Shown: positions 63,501 to 64,000 of the stretch, in pieces
Layout: every line of letters begins with the position of its first letter
How positions within the stretch are numbered: position 1 is the stretch's first letter
Source: Octopus vulgaris
Taxonomy: Eukaryota
Direction of reading: 5' to 3'
Assembly: GCA_951406725.2 (NCBI GenBank)
Contig: OX597819.1
Span: 131,812,001 to 131,876,000, forward strand
Length of the DNA stretch: 64,000 bases
The notes under the pieces: generated by a model
Told to the model about the DNA's origin: nothing
The model's database searches: none
Seen by the model: only the letters and a program-made list of their open reading frames with translations
Program-made: the position numbers and the translations under genes

Positions 63501-64000
63501 AAATCACACAAAAGCCGGAAATTGTTTCCATGAAAAATAGCAAATGAACGGAACAGCTTGTCTGATGGAGATACTTATTGAGAACCATTGCAGGATGTCA
63601 AGACAGACACAAATATACGAACGAGCGAGCAAGTGAGTGAGAGCATTTACCAAATCCATTCACAAGGCTTTGGTCAGCTTTTAGGCTGTTACAGAAGACA
63701 ATGGACAGAAGTGCCACACAGTGGGACTGAACTTGAAACCATGTGGTTGGGAAACAAACCTATGAACCATACAGTCATGCCTGCACTTATTGATTTAGGC
63801 TTAGATTAAATATTCTTTACATAGTCATAGAGCCTCCAGATGGCTGGTTAAGAATCTTATGCCTTTGTGAAGGACATTATTGAAGAAACGATAACTTGCA
63901 TATTTATTCTCAAGAGATTCTGCCAAATTCAAACAAATTATTGAAGAAAATTATTCTAGCTAGCAGTTGAAACTATAGGTCAGTGATTGAAAGAACCAAA

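Noticed and set aside
63578-63590. Apparent right TIR (ttgagaaccattg) for the hAT-like MITE
   Set aside because: Lies within the resumed host SINE and aligns with the SINE sequence at about 38275-38300, so probably coincidental.

Overview
AT-rich, repeat-dense eukaryotic DNA. The SINE complement resembles coleoid cephalopod (probably Octopus) repeats; this is an inference from memory, not a database result. Most of the window looks like large introns of one minus-strand protein-coding gene that I cannot name. It has two well-supported phase-compatible exons (19666-19809 and 10128-10213), a likely 15-nt microexon (28648-28662) and a possible 36-nt exon (19596-19631). The rest is three or four SINE families in dozens of copies, decayed RTE, CR1, Jockey/I-like, Penelope and Helitron fragments, MITEs, a 5S rRNA pseudogene and microsatellites. 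Nearly all ORFs in the supplied track are artefacts of repeats. Two patterns stand out. First, there are at least six different minimal type-I hammerhead ribozyme motifs of the Penelope pseudo-LTR kind; two look largely intact and two sit inside inverted repeats. Second, there is a high density of long local foldbacks, some of which are inverted copies of neighbouring non-terminal sequence dropped next to (CA)n/(TA)n microsatellites. Repeat boundaries are approximate and were read by eye.
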